From Zancudomyces culisetae HAW-14-8 (Eukaryota > Fungi > Kickxellomycota), in assembly GCA_052426225.1 (NCBI GenBank), contig JBNJNM010000015.1, positions 558,001 to 622,000 of the forward strand: DNA of 64,000 nucleotides. Reading direction: 5' to 3'. The position numbers and the translations under genes are program-made. Of this stretch, positions 12,660 to 25,910 are shown one piece after another. The notes under the pieces were generated by a model that did no database searches, was not told the origin of the DNA, and saw nothing but the letters and a program-made list of their open reading frames with translations. Within the stretch, counting starts at the first letter, position 1. The number at the start of each line of letters is the position of its first letter.

Positions 12660-14434
12660 TTGGATTTCCGAAAAGAGACGCATAATAGTCTCGGACAAAT
12701 ACGAAATACCACGCGTGTTTTTGTCAAGAACTTCAAACAACTCGGATGTATCATGGGTTTCTAAGCTTGGATTCTGAATGCTGATAAACTGAGCTCTTGA
12801 CTCAAACTCAGCCCTGACTTTTTTCTCATTGGCAATCACATCAGCTAGCCTTGCTTTCAGATCCTTGCTGAGTTTCTCGCACATGTCGTTTACTCTTATT
12901 CTGAATACTTCCTCCTCGGGCCTTAACACCTGATTTCGAAGTCTTAATAGCTGGACGTTCTTCATTAATCGTATTAGCTTTTGGTTGATTTCCGATTGTT
13001 TTCGCTGAAAATCGAGAATCCGTAGTAGTGTAGAGTCGTGTCTCTTTTGGGCCAGTGTTTTTACTTTTCCTTGTAGTTGCTATTTTAAATAAAATCCAGT
13101 CAGTAAAGTTAAAGGTTGGAGGTCCAAGATAAAAAAAATGCATAAAACATAAGATCAATAAAATGCAAATCCAACAAAAATGCTGTAAAAACTCACCTCC
13201 AAAAGCTTCTCAATGCCGTTTATAAGACCCAGTTGAAGGTCTACTCGCGCTCTGAGTCCTTCATACCCAACAACCACAACTGGAATCAGCGATTTTCGGT
13301 CTGGATTGTTCTCTTGTGCCAGTGTCCACATCGCAAGGTTGTCGCCAGGAGGACACTGGTATCGAGAAGTTTCAAATGGCTCAACCGAATTGTAAAAGTA
13401 GTGCCTGAACTGGCAATATGGAGATGCTGGATCCCAGCACTCCCTTATGGCCATTATTTGTTGCTCCAGTGCTATCATTTCCTCCTGACCGGCTGTTACT
13501 TGAGCAACTATATGGTATTTTCAAAACATTATATATGTTTGCCAAAAAATATAAAGATAAACTAGAACTCACCTGCTGGATAAAAGTTGGTGTTGACTGG
13601 TTGTGTTGCAAAGAGGGAGTTGCCAATTGTTTGTGTCGCTGGCTGGGTTGTCTGTAGCTTAAAAAGACCTGTACCTGTAGCCGTGTTTGTTGCTTGTTGA
13701 GCTCCAAAGAGGCCGCCTCCAATAGCACCGCTTGGTTGTGTACCAAATAATCCAGTCGTTGCTGCAGGCTGCTGTGTACCAAATAGACTAGACCCTGTTG
13801 TCAATGTGCTTGGTTGCTGCGCCCCAAACAAACCTGTAGTTTGCGCTGTGGTTGCAGGCTGTTGTGTGCCAAAGAGGCTTGTTCCCGCTGGTTTTGATTG
13901 TTGCGTGCCAAATAAACCAGTTGTTGGAGCAGCAGTTGCAGGTTTTTGTGTACCAAATAAACCGGTAGTTGCTGTAGCCGCAGGTTGTTGAGCTCCAAAC
14001 AGACCCGTTCCCGTCGACAGTGTACTCGGTTGTTGCGCACCAAACAAACCTGTATTTGAAGCCGTTCCTGCAGGCTGTTGTGTGCCGAAAAGACCACCTC
14101 CTGTATTACCCCCAGCCCCTACAGCTGTATTTTGTTGTCCTCCGAATAAACCCGTAGATGCAGGCGCTGTTGTTTGCTGCCCTCCGAACAAACTAGTTGT
14201 TGGTGCTGTTGTTTGCTGCCCTCCAAATAAGCCAGTTGTTTGTGCTGTTTTTTGCTGTCCTCCGAACAAACTATTTGTTGGTGCTGCTGTTTGTTGTCCT
14301 CCGAACAAGCTATTTGTTGATGCTGCTGTTTGCTGCCCTCCGAATAGACTGGTTGTTTGTGCCGCACCTGGTTGTTGTGCACCAAATAAACCTGTCCCTC
14401 CACCCGCAGTATTCCCCTGTTGTGCACCAAACAT
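12651..14434 (-). CDS. NUP57: FG-repeat nucleoporin Nup54/Nup57; exons 14434-13573, 13507 (or 13492)-13197, 13079-12651
   Basis: Many GLFG/SLFG repeats, then WDPASPYCQFRHYFYN and NPD...LIPVVVVGYEGL..R, then a coiled coil (VQLLRLRNQVLRPEEE) characteristic of Nup54/Nup57/Nup44. Confidence 0.9.
13620..14430 (-). repeat. Coding FG (GLFG/SLFG) repeat array
   Basis: About 20 imperfect 12-17 codon units of the form [GS]LFG(G/T/A)QQ. Confidence 0.9.
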
Positions 14435-15069
14435 ATTTTTAGTTTATTTTTATTTCGATTTTTGGTTCTGATCTTGACTCTTGATTCTTGATTCTTAATT
14501 TTTGTTTTCGAAAGTATCGTTGTGTGCGTTGGCGCTCGATTATAAATGTATTACAGTAAACTCTCCGAGTGTGCTATAGTCGTATAAATTTCGAATTGTC
14601 GCTTTGGGGATCGCCGTTTTCTCTATTTTGAAGTGATTTTCTACAAAATCCTATTCATTAACTCTCTTTAATCTTACAAAGTGCACAAATATTTACTCAG
14701 CGGGTTTCAAAACAGTCTTTGTTTTTTTTTTTGAACATTTTAATTGCTACATCACAACTCATTTGACGATTAATTTCAATATTGCAGCCTAAAAAAAAAA
14801 TTTTCTGCAATTCGCGTAACTTGGGGATTCTCAGATGTTCTGGGTGGAATTCTCCCCACAAATCTGACAAAAAAAAAGATGTTCTTGGGTTTATTTGCAC
14901 GATGTTTACTCTACATAATACAAACGCTAGTAATCATCAACAATTATTCTTAACTACAGTGGGTATATTAATACTAGAGTATACCTAAGGAAATAATCAA
15001 AATACAAACACATGTCTACAGAAATCTACCACCCGTTGAGATATAAAGCCGCATTTTTTCCCTAGAAAA

Positions 15070-16696
15070 CTAGCGACTTTTACGGTCATCCCTGCGCGAA
15101 TAACGATTGTTGTCATAATCATCATACCTTCTTTTGTATTTGTCATTTCTTTCGTTTTTGTCTCTACCACTCCTTTCACCACTCCGATCTCTATCTCTAA
15201 CCCTACCCCTACCGATATCTCTGTCTCTGCTTCGATCTTTATCCCTACCCCTATCTCTATCCCTGTCCCTATTTCTATCCCTGTCCCTATTTCTATCTCT
15301 ATCCCTGCTTCGATCTCTATCTCTATCGCCCTCTCTATCCCTGTCTCTGCCCCTTTCTCTATCCCTATCTCGTCCTCTGTCTCTATATCTCGCTCCATCA
15401 CTTTCCTCCCCTCTTCTAGCTTCTCTTACTCTATCACTCTTGCTTTCATCCGATTCTATATCGTTAATTCATTAATTAATCCGTCAGTGACCACACTATA
15501 TACAATAGCACCAAAGAATAAAATGTAATAAAAAAAGAAAAATATAATATGTAGTACTTATTCTTACTTTTTAATGTGGATTTATCGAATACCATTGAGT
15601 ATTTATCGCCCTTCTCATCATACTTTCTGTATTGCCGTCTAGGTTCCAGTTTTTGATCTCCTCCAACCGAAACTTGATTAGCGCGTTCTCTCATGTATCC
15701 CATATGCAGTTTCTGAACACTCTGAGAAAAGTCAACATGGATTCGTCGATCATCAATCAGCACGTTTTCCATTTTGAAATACGCTTCCTCACAGAATTCC
15801 TTGGATGCGAATTCAATAAATGCGTAGCACAAAGAGTCACCGGTTTTTTTGTCCCGGACTATTTCACAGTTTTTGATTTCCCCAAATCGAGAAAATATCA
15901 GCTCCAAATCCTCGTCTCTGGTCACTGGATTTAATTTGCATACAAATAAGATGTTTTCGGGTGGCGCTACTTCCGCAAATGGGAGGTCACCAATCATTTC
16001 CAATGTCAGTGCCTGCGCCTGCGCCTCTTTTTCTTTGGTAAGCCGTTCAAGTTGTTCGGGATCCACTTGATTTTCTTGCTCTAAATCTTCATCTTCGCCT
16101 ATTCGTATCGAAGCAAGTATCTCCTTGCTAGGCAAGGGGGATTTGTCGGGTTCCTGTAGCCCATCAGGATCGGGAAATGGATCTTCCAATATTACTGTGT
16201 GTTTGATGCGGATGTCGCGGTATGGTCTTCCCTTTTCGTCACATATAGCTTCGTTGATTTTGTCGATTACATCCAGACCTTCGACTACCTGGCCAAAAAC
16301 AGGGAAATCACCGTCCAAGTACTCGAGTTCATCCTGAAGTGTGATAAAAAATTGGCTGCCCACGACATTTACTTTGTTTCCTTCAGTATCCTGAGTCTTG
16401 GATACGACCATTGATACTGTTCCTTTGATTTTGTGCTTTAATTTATTGTTCGTTTCGACTCGTAAAAATTGTTGGGCTTGGGGGTCTATTACGCGATAAA
16501 TGCACTCGCCACCCTTTCCCGAGCATGTTGGATCGCCAGTTTGGGCTATAAAGTTCTTTTTGACGAGATTGAAAACACAGTAATTGTAGTATTTTACTTT
16601 ACATAGCTTTAGAAAGTTTAGACTCAATTTGGCCGCCTCATCTACGTATAGATCTATTACTATTTCGCCAACGCTCGTTTCAATCAACACACTCAT
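15070..16696 (-). CDS. PPIL4: Cyclophilin-RRM protein PPIL4 (Cyp59/Rct1-like); exons 16696-15568, 15455-15070
   Basis: [17 protein letters not shown] cyclophilin domain, [40 protein letters not shown] donor at 15567 joins in frame to an RD/RE-rich tail ending at TAG 15072-15070. Confidence 0.93.
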
Positions 16697-17609
16697 TCTT
16701 TTCTAAGTATATATATATTGTTTTCAGTCGAGGAAGGATGAAGGAGGAGAGTTGTGAAACTTTTTTAGAAATATTTTGTTATTATATTTTTATATCAATG
16801 CGAAAATATGTAAAATTTAACTGGTGATATATTTTTATGGTTGTACGAAAAAATAATATCGGAAATTGGTGCAAGATTGAAGGTATTTTTATGAATGGTT
16901 GATGAGATGATCATCATTTAGTGAACCGAATACACAAGTAATGATGAAAAGATAACTGCAAAGACCTAGTACTCAATAAGTGTCAAGCAAGTAAAGGTTA
17001 AGAATGTGCATATCTATGGCAATGATAATTGAAAAAGGTTGCAATATAAGTTTGTGCTAACTGTTTTTTTTATAGGTATTCACAATTGTTTTAATGCAAG
17101 AAATAAATAAAAAGTAACCATTCTAATGTTAAATGTTGATATTCTATAAAAGTCTATAAAATCTAATGGATATACATTCCTATATATCATAAAAATGTCG
17201 AAATAAGTGGAAAAGTCAATTGCCACCATAATAAAAAAAAGTATCCGTTTACTGTAGAGCCAAGTCTTAACAAAACTGATATAATTCAATTTTTTAGTCA
17301 GCAGTAAAAACCACCGAGTTAGTAATAATTCTAGAAACGATATTCTAGTGCATTCCGACTTTTCAAGTCTAAAAGCTACTTTTTTGGCAATTTTCTTTTG
17401 TGATATTCCAAGTAGTGTTGTTTTGGAATACCCATGATCCAAGAAAATGGTTGTGTACGTGTTCTAAAGAGTTCAATAGTGTCAAGTGAAACAATACCAG
17501 CAATGTATGAGACAGTTGATGATGTTCTCATGCAACTTTGACTATGCCATCCCTGCAAAATAATAAATGAACAAGGAGATTAAGGGGGTATATACACAGG
17601 AAAAAATAC

Positions 17610-18131
17610 TTAAAACTTGAGTAATTGGTCAAATCCAGCTTTGAATGACGGTTTGATATTGTTAATTTCATCAAAAGTGATATTGTCCATCTGTAGATAT
17701 GCTTTGTTCAAGATTCCAAGGCCCTTCAAAATCTTGTTTTCCCGCAATTGATAAATCATAAACACCAGGTTATGTATACTCTGGCTATTCTGAATTTCGG
17801 TGGTTTGGTGTTTGAGTATCAGATACGAAAGTGTGAAAAAATTGTTGTTGGGCAGCCGCTGGAAATAATTTACTTGAGTCTTTTCAGCAATATAGATATG
17901 TTCGAGATTTTCGGCTGTTAACCATTGCGGTATCACAAAACGACATAGGTCGAGTTTTTTCAGTTGGATTGCTAGCCATAAAGGTACTTCGATTTGCTTT
18001 AGAGGATTGAAGGGACCGATGGTTCCTGTTATCAATTCGAGTTTTTCTTTGTTGAATAGAGGCATTATGCTGACAATGATGTTTTCGCAGAAATATTGCA
18101 TTTGCTGCATTGTCAAATTTATCCTGTCCAT
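17610..18131 (-). CDS. PSF2: GINS complex subunit Psf2
   Basis: FCENIIVSIMP...GPFNPLKQIEVPLWLAIQLKK...C...PQWL, LRENKI, DNITFDEINNIKP. Confidence 0.9.
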   Translation of the reverse strand: MDRINLTMQQMQYFCENIIVSIMPLFNKEKLELITGTIGPFNPLKQIEVPLWLAIQLKKLDLCRFVIPQWLTAENLEHIYIAEKTQVNYFQRLPNNNFFTLSYLILKHQTTEIQNSQSIHNLVFMIYQLRENKILKGLGILNKAYLQMDNITFDEINNIKPSFKAGFDQLLKF

Positions 18132-19399
18132 TTTGATACTATACTGCCTCCCGTTTTTTTTAATATTTCTGTTGTGTATATTTAACTTTGTGTTGTAATA
18201 GAGTGTAAAATGATATTGATGGTTTTGGTGTTGAAAATCAAGAATTTTTTTTTAGTAGAATCGTTGATAAACCACATCATAAAGATATTTCAAGAAATAA
18301 CAACAAGAAATAACAACAATTAAATAACAATAAAAAACAAAACAAATCTAGCAAATTGAATTTACAATGTGCTACAATCACATTACTGGTTAGTGCATTT
18401 TTGTTTACATTTTGGTTCGGATAAAAAAGAGATGCAAACTCAACAATGGAATCACATGGAATCACATGGAATCATTTTTTTATGATATGAGATGGAATGA
18501 TATGAGGGGAATTGAAAGGAATAAGATATTTGCGCAAAAGTAATATATGCAAATTGGTAGATGAAAAGGATATGCAAGGCAGGACTGAGTCAAGGAAAAG
18601 AAAAGTGGCTTTACTTCAAGTATTCTTATTTTATGATTGATTTAGATTAGACTCGGTCACCTTTTACCAATTCTGGGGAGTTCAAAGTAAAAGTCATCTA
18701 ATTAAACAGATAATTAAACTAAAAACACGCAAATAGAGATAGGTAGACATAACGTGAGACAGAGAGTGAGAGTGAGAGTAAGAGAAAAGAAATGTGGTGT
18801 TAAGAGAGGTATTAATGTATTAATTTTGTATCTATTCTTGAAATTAAATGAATGAGGATCAACATCAAATTGCAAATAGTGCAAATCACACAAATAATAT
18901 TGATGGGGCTTAATGGGCATACACAGTAATATATATTAGCGTTGATTGGTAATAAAACAAGTAGATCATAACAAAAACAAAAACAAAAGCAAAAATATAA
19001 ATTAAAATAATAATAGAGTATAAAAACGAAAACCATCCAAAAACGAACAATCCAATGGCACAGCTGGGGGTAAAATGAATACTTGCAAGATTAATCGATT
19101 GAGCATCTTACACATTTGAAAATGCAGTTTACTGGAAAACTCGCGTCCAAAAAATCCGAGTAAAAAAGAAAAAAAGAAAAAAAAAAGGTTGATAAATCTT
19201 TGAAAAAATGTTGATATTCTTCCTATCGTATTGATAAAAATGTTACAGGGAAAAAAATGTATTTGAGGTGAAGACAGCATGGGGAGTGAGGGGAGGGAAT
19301 TTGAAATATAAAAAGATAAACGGCCAACATCACAAAATTAAACATTTGGTAAAAACTTGGACTTTTAAAAGGTAAAGAACAAGGTTATGCAAGAAGATT

Positions 19400-19500
19400 G
19401 GGAAAAGGGGGGAGAAAAGGGGGAGATGATAGGAAGAAGGGTGAGAATGAAGGAGGAGGAGGAGGAGGGAAGGAGGAGGAGGGAAGGAGGGGAGGGGAGC
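19400..19500 (+). repeat. Intergenic purine-rich (GGA/GA) low-complexity tract
   Basis: About 100 nt almost devoid of pyrimidines, including (GGA)n. Confidence 0.7.
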
Positions 19501-21436
19501 AATTCAATGAAACCTCCAAAAATTCTTGTGATTTGCTTTTTCCAAGTTTTAAATTTCAAAATCCATTATTAAAAAATGTTCATAAAACAATAAACAATTC
19601 TCACTACAGTGTAAAAATAATTATATATTAAAATAATAAAGCAAAAAAAAATAATATCGGGATAAATTATGGAAAACGCGAAAACATTAAAAAAAAATTA
19701 TCCCGTTAAAAAAAAATAAAAAACAAAAATTATGGGAAATACAAATTGCAACATATAATATAAACGAAAATAGAAACTACAACTAAATTGCTTTTCCGGT
19801 TTTGGTAAAACAAGAGGAAAAAAAAAAAAGTAAAGAATAAAAACTACAGGTCGGTAATTGACAAACAAAAGCGAATCACATGATAGACAATATTTGGCTG
19901 AGATTCGGCAGTTTTTTTAGTGAATTACCAAATTGTCAATAAATAATAAGAACCAATAAAAACACAAAGCTCAAACTGCAAGCATTTGGAAGGTTTTTTG
20001 TAATTTTTAATGTACAAGATAAATCTACAAAATACAATGAGGCAAGCGAAAATAATCAAAAGATGTAAGAAAAAAAAATTTTTTTTTATATACTTTGTTT
20101 TATTTTATTTAATTTTATTTTGACAAGGAATAGAATAGAAATAATGATATTGTAACAAAGAAATGGAAATAATGATGGAAAAAAAAGGGGGGGAAAAGAA
20201 AAAGGGAGAAGTGCAGCAATTGTGTGTTAAATAATGGAATATTGAATCAATACCAAAACCAACACCAAAATTGAAATTAAGAATTGAAATATGAAAAATA
20301 AATAGTTTCTGGAAAATAAAGGGTTGAAAACAATGATTCTATATTTAACAAAATGGAAATGTGGAATATTGAATTAAAAGTATTGGGGACTCGGTTATTA
20401 GAATATTACTATTATTATTACAATTATAATTTATATTTTTGCTATTTTCTGAATTGGTAAAAAAAAAATTTTTTTTTTCGAGTTTGACTGAAAAGAAGTG
20501 CAGGAAAATTAAAGTTATAATAGTATCAAGGGAATAGAACATGAGCAAATAGAAATTAAACGATGAAAAAAATGTAGGAAAAAAAAACACTTTATATTAC
20601 AGGGGAATTGAATAGTGGAACTTGTGTAAATTGAAAATATAAAACTGTAGCAACAAAGGGCAAAATAATTTTATATTGTAAGATTAAAAATAAATGAATA
20701 AACTTGAAAAACTGGTTGAAAAAAAAATTAAAAATTAAAAATAAACTAATATTTATCATTATTGCTTTTGTAGTTAAAAGTAGTTATAATATAGGAATTT
20801 AAAAAAAAATAGTAGACTAGTTTGGTTGGGTGGGTTAGTACTTGATATCAATTTTTACAATTACAAGCTAAAAACGAAAAAAAAAATGTACTAGAAAATT
20901 AACAGCCTTGAGATATAATAGCGAAAAAAAAAAATTTAAAGCCTGAATTCAAATAGTAAGGGAAATCAGAGAATTCAGATGAGAACAAGCATTACGCCAA
21001 AAAGAGTATTTATGAACAAAGCCTAGCAAAAAAAAGCCATAAGGAGGCAGAAGAAAGGATTGAGATATCTAGATAAATAACAGCTGTAAATTTATTCATT
21101 GTTTTATTTTTTCAAGGAAAAGAATAGTGATTGAAAGTAGGAATTTGAACTACAGAGAATTTGGATGGAATACTAGGAGTATACAAGAGTAAGAAATCAA
21201 GAGTGAGAAAGCAAAGAAGAATAGTTACGGATCCAATGTGTTAAGCAAGAATCACGAAAAAGAAGTCTAGAAAAATAGAAAGGAAAAGAAAAGAAAGGCA
21301 AGGTTTGCTAGTAGAGTAAAACAAATTCAAAGGTTGAAAATAGAAACAAAACTTTGAAAAAGAGGGGGAGGAGAAATTTAAAAAAAAAGAAATAAAGGAA
21401 AAGTGAAAAGTGAAAAGGGACAAGAAGCAAGGGTAG

Positions 21437-24400
21437 ATGATAGAAAGAAAAAGTATAGAAAAAGCGGGGTATAAAGCTAAAACTCAACGAGCTGGAGGGG
21501 AAATAGAGGTGGATGTAGAAGAAGACCAAGGGGTGATAAGATGTATATGTGGGATAGATGAGGATGATGGGTTTACAATTCAGTGTGAGAATTGTTTGGT
21601 GTGGCAACATGCAGTGTGTGTGAATATAGACCAGGATAACGTTCCAGATGAGTATTTATGCGAACAGTGCAACCCTAGAAAACTAAATGTGAAAAGGGCG
21701 TATGAGTACCAACGACAGAGGATAGAGAAAGAGTATAGGCAAGCCAAGGAGCATCGAAAGAGAGTAAAGGTGTTGGCAGGCAAGAATAGGAAGGGTTCGC
21801 AGGTAGGAGAGGAGGGAGGACAACTCGAGAGGAGGAAAAGAGGGCAGGAAGGTAAGAGTGGGCGGAAGATGAGTTCTAGATTTTCAGATGGGGGGATGGG
21901 AATGGGACAGCTGAGTTCACCGGTTAAGGCAGAAGGGTATACGGACAGCAGTTATATGAGCTCGCCGAATCGAGTGCGGAAGGTAGAGAATAGTATAGCG
22001 GATTCGGAGGAGGTGATAGAGTATATTCAAGGGCTTTTGAAGACGGAGGAGATAGAGGCGAAGAAAAAGGGAGGAGAGGGAAAGGAGATGGAGGTGAGAA
22101 CAGTTGAAGGGAGAGTAGTAGGGGTATTTTGTAAGACAAAGATGGAGAAACAGGAATATCTTGGGGAGTATAAAGGGCGAATAGTGCTGAAAAGCCGATA
22201 TAAAGAGGACCCGAAAAACCATTATGATTTGTTGCGGCAACCACGACCATATGTAGTATTTCACGAGACAATAAATCTAGCAGTGGATGCACGGGTGGAA
22301 GGAGACGTGAGTCGGTATATTCGACGCAGTTGTCGGAGTAATGTAGGGGTGCGGAGTTTGAGGGAGGTAGGAGGACAAAAGATAATGTTGGGGATGTTTG
22401 CATCGCGAGAGATCGAGGCAGGAGAGGAGTTGACGCTTGGATGGGAATGGGAAGATGGAGAGATGCCAGGGTTAGCTAGAAAAGAGGAAGGAGAGGCAGA
22501 GGAGTATTTGGGGACACCAGAGGGACGTCGGGTGAACAAAGTGTGGAGACAGGCGTTTGGAGGATGGAAGTGTGGGTGTCAGCGCGAGAAGTGTCGAGTG
22601 CAGCGGTTTTTTGATGTGCTTGGATTGGAGTTGGTGAGTAGTCGTCGAGGGAGTTTTATAGGAGAGAATAACAAGGTAAGGAGTGAAAGCAGAGGGAATG
22701 GAATAAATGGAACAGAGCGAGAAAGAGGAGGCGAAAGTAGTGAAGATATGGATAAGAAGAATCGAAAGGTAGGTAAATGGAGCGAGTCATTGAAGAGACG
22801 ATGGATTAAAATGTATTTAGAAAACAGCAAACAGGAAGAAAAGCAAAAAAGCACTGTGGAAAACAACAGCAGCAGTAACAGCATCAGCAGCAGTAATAGT
22901 AACAGTAACAGCAACAGCAACAGTAACAAGAGAACCAAGTTGTCACTAGAAGAATACACAAAGCAGCGCAAATCAGTAGCAAATGACGAGGAAGAAGAAA
23001 AGGCAGCAGCCAAAGTCAAGTTTTCATTGGAAGAATATACACGCAGACGACTCAGTTCTCAACCTCAAGCCCAACCTCAACTTCAACTTCAACTTTTAGC
23101 TGAAAACGAAGGAGAAAAAGAAAAGGAGAAGCAAAAAGAAAAGGAAAAAGAAAGAGAAAAGGAAAGTGAAAAAGAAAAAGAAATTTCAAATCTGTTGAAA
23201 AAGGAGTTGGGAGGAATAGTCGCCGAAGCTGTTTTAGCCACTACAGATTCTTTACCTCTAAATCCTTCTTTTGAAAAAGAAAAAGAACAAGAAAACGAAA
23301 AAGAAAAAGAAAAGGAAAAGGAAAAAGAGAAAGAAACTACAATTACAACTTCACTACTCAATTCACCAGCAGTAATCACTTCTTCCTCTGCCATCTTGGC
23401 AAACGTAATGTCGTTAACTTCTCTTCCTTCTGCTGCAACCAGCTTTACTTTTGCCCAATCCGATTGGCAAAAGTCTCTACCACCACCGCCTCCTCCACCA
23501 CCTCCTCCACCTCCACCATCAACACTACCTTCTTCTTCTTCTTCTTCAACATTTACTAGTTCTATTTCTTTGGATCCTTTAGCAACTACAACAACAAATA
23601 CAACTACAAATACAACAACTATTAATACTAATATTAATACTACAAATACAAATACAATAACTGACTCGACTCAACCTGTAAATCCCATTTCTACCTCAAA
23701 CAACACTGACTCTTTGCCTCTTACAAATCCTGTTTCCTCTCCCCCTTCTCCTTCTCCTTCTTCTTCTTCCTCCTCCTCTCCACCACCTTCTTCTTCCTCT
23801 TCTCCAACCCAAACCTCTTCTTCAGCCACTGCTGCTGTCACTCCGTCCCTTCCGCAACATCCGCGCCACGACAACTATCCTCCCCGCTACGACCGCCGCT
23901 ACGATCGCGACCGCGTTCCCACATCTTACTCCTACGATCGAGACAGACCCCGTGATCGCTCCTGGGACGACCGCGACCGAGCCTGGGACCGCCGTGATGC
24001 CCGCCCGTCCAAGCCGTACTTCCGCGATCGAGCATATGCATACGCCAATTCTTCTTACTCTAATCCTGCTTACAGACGTTCTCTCTATCCTCATTCGCGT
24101 GAATCTGATAAGGACTATCTTGATAGACGACTTCCTTATGACAGAGATAGAGAACGGGAACGGGAAAGGGAAAGAGAAAGGGATCGTGATAGAGACGAAA
24201 GAGGTTTAGGAAGAGACAGAGATCGTGATAGAGACCGTGATAGAGAGCGGGATCGTTATTGGGATCGCGACCATTCGTTTTCCCGTGACCGTTTCACTCC
24301 CTTTTCTTCAACTTCCAGACCTTACTCCTCCTCCAAATTCGGCTTACATTCTACCGATTCCAGCTCTACTCCTCCTTCTATTCCTCCCCCACCACCACCG

Positions 24401-24796
24401 CCTCCTCCCCCTCCTCCTCCACCTTCTCTTTCTTCTTCTGCATCGACTGCAACTACCAATGCTACACCACCAACAACAACAACACCAAACACTATCAATA
24501 ACTCCAACACCGAATCTATATCTACTCCTCCAATCTCTACAAATTCAAATCTACCTCCAAACTCAACTACATCCTCCCTATCTCCTGCCCGTGATTGGCG
24601 TTCTACCTCCCCTGTATCACGTGTGCCAAAACTTGTTGATCGAGAACCCATTCATAATGATAAATTCAAGAATAGAGAAACTTTACATTCTTCTCCAAAG
24701 TCTGAGTCTGGTGTACTGCTATCTTCTAATTTTGATCTTGTTCACTCTACCAATTCAAATGTATCTAATTTTTCCAAATCCAACTATACTCCATAA
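21437..24796 (+). CDS. SET3: Set3/Set4/MLL5-like PHD finger plus catalytically degenerate SET domain protein
   Basis: PHD: [29 protein letters not shown]...YLCEQC. SET domain has [12 protein letters not shown] (RRSC in place of NHSC, as in Set3/MLL5) and [10 protein letters not shown]. Long low-complexity EK, P, S/T and RD tail. Confidence 0.85.
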   Translation: MIERKSIEKAGYKAKTQRAGGEIEVDVEEDQGVIRCICGIDEDDGFTIQCENCLVWQHAVCVNIDQDNVPDEYLCEQCNPRKLNVKRAYEYQRQRIEKEYRQAKEHRKRVKVLAGKNRKGSQVGEEGGQLERRKRGQEGKSGRKMSSRFSDGGMGMGQLSSPVKAEGYTDSSYMSSPNRVRKVENSIADSEEVIEYIQGLLKTEEIEAKKKGGEGKEMEVRTVEGRVVGVFCKTKMEKQEYLGEYKGRIVLKSRYKEDPKNHYDLLRQPRPYVVFHETINLAVDARVEGDVSRYIRRSCRSNVGVRSLREVGGQKIMLGMFASREIEAGEELTLGWEWEDGEMPGLARKEEGEAEEYLGTPEGRRVNKVWRQAFGGWKCGCQREKCRVQRFFDVLGLELVSSRRGSFIGENNKVRSESRGNGINGTERERGGESSEDMDKKNRKVGKWSESLKRRWIKMYLENSKQEEKQKSTVENNSSSNSISSSNSNSNSNSNSNKRTKLSLEEYTKQRKSVANDEEEEKAAAKVKFSLEEYTRRRLSSQPQAQPQLQLQLLAENEGEKEKEKQKEKEKEREKESEKEKEISNLLKKELGGIVAEAVLATTDSLPLNPSFEKEKEQENEKEKEKEKEKEKETTITTSLLNSPAVITSSSAILANVMSLTSLPSAATSFTFAQSDWQKSLPPPPPPPPPPPPPSTLPSSSSSSTFTSSISLDPLATTTTNTTTNTTTINTNINTTNTNTITDSTQPVNPISTSNNTDSLPLTNPVSSPPSPSPSSSSSSSPPPSSSSSPTQTSSSATAAVTPSLPQHPRHDNYPPRYDRRYDRDRVPTSYSYDRDRPRDRSWDDRDRAWDRRDARPSKPYFRDRAYAYANSSYSNPAYRRSLYPHSRESDKDYLDRRLPYDRDRERERERERERDRDRDERGLGRDRDRDRDRDRERDRYWDRDHSFSRDRFTPFSSTSRPYSSSKFGLHSTDSSSTPPSIPPPPPPPPPPPPPPSLSSSASTATTNATPPTTTTPNTINNSNTESISTPPISTNSNLPPNSTTSSLSPARDWRSTSPVSRVPKLVDREPIHNDKFKNRETLHSSPKSESGVLLSSNFDLVHSTNSNVSNFSKSNYTP

Positions 24797-25843
24797 TTCA
24801 AATCTTTCAACTACATCAACAATATTGACAATGATACGCAAAAAAAAAATAAAAAAGGCTTTTGTATTTTGATTTTATTTATCTACTTTTTTTATATTTA
24901 TATTTTGTATTTGCAGAAAATAAAGTATATAATGTTATTTAATTAATATGTAAAAAAAGAAAAGAAGGTAAATAGTGGTTAGTAAAAAGAGGAAAACTGG
25001 GAGGGGGAGGATGGTGGGGATGGTGGGGGAGGACAGGGTGATAAAATACGTAACTGTAACATGTGGTATATGCTTTCCCCTTTCCTCCACCCCATTCTTT
25101 TATCATCTCTTTCCTTTATTAATTCCACTTTGGTATCAATAGGTTTATAAAATATAACCCAACTTTTTTTTTTAACCATTCTTGTGCTTTTTTGTATGCT
25201 AAATTTTCTAAAAATACAACTTTTTTATCTATTTATTTATTTATCTATTTATTTATTTATTCATTTATTTTCCATTCATTCCATTCCCAGGCTTTTAGTT
25301 TTAGTTTTTTTTTTTATTTTAGTTTTTTTGTTTTGTTACTTTAATAACAAAAACTCATTAATATTCACAAACCTTAATTAAACACCCCCCCCTCCCCCAA
25401 CCCCATTGTTCATTTACTTAAATTCACTCTGTATTTAATAAACAACGGTATTTGTTTCTCTCTTTTTGTTTTATAACCTTTTCTTTTAGCTCTTTTTATA
25501 TATTATATATTATATATTATATATATCATACCTACATACATACGTATATTGTTACGGAAAGAGTCAAAGGAAATAGAGATCAGAAAGAAAAGAAAAGAAA
25601 AGAAAAGAAAAGCAAGACGATCAAATAATATTATACACACAAGGGATTCCTTTTTAAATCCCACAACAACACTTCTTCTTAAGCCTCTCTTTAAATAAAT
25701 ATTTAACAAAGGCGATAGCAACAAGAATATCGTTTTTGTTAAATCTTTTAAATTCATTAATACAATTACAGACTTTTGTACATTGTATATGCACAAAAAT
25801 ATCCTTTTTTCAAAATAAAAATAAAAAAGGCTAGTATATTAAA

Positions 25844-25910
25844 ATGAAGAGACGATCAACCTCTAGAAGCTCACGATTTGACGAATACCCTTTTCAAGAA
25901 ATCGGAACTA
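25844..25910 (+). CDS. Predicted upstream coding exon of the M1 aminopeptidase (membrane-anchored isoform)
   Basis: AAAATG start, 22 codons plus 1 nt (MKRRSTSRSSRFDEYPFQEIGT), then a perfect GTAAGT donor at 25911. Phase matches the TAG acceptor at 27046. Confidence 0.65.

Noticed and set aside
13233-16414. Cys-rich, Leu/Ser-rich and IEIG-repeat ORFs overlapping NUP57 and PPIL4
   Set aside because: These are antisense or alternate-frame shadows of FG and RD repeats.
18200-21430. Many short F/L/I-rich ORFs and an imperfect stem (GACTGAGTC/GACTCGGTC, ~18583-18659) with a nearby CCTTTTAC resembling the U5 loop
   Set aside because: The ORFs are artefacts of A/T-rich low complexity. The U5 loop needs GCCTTTTAC in a proper stem, which is absent.
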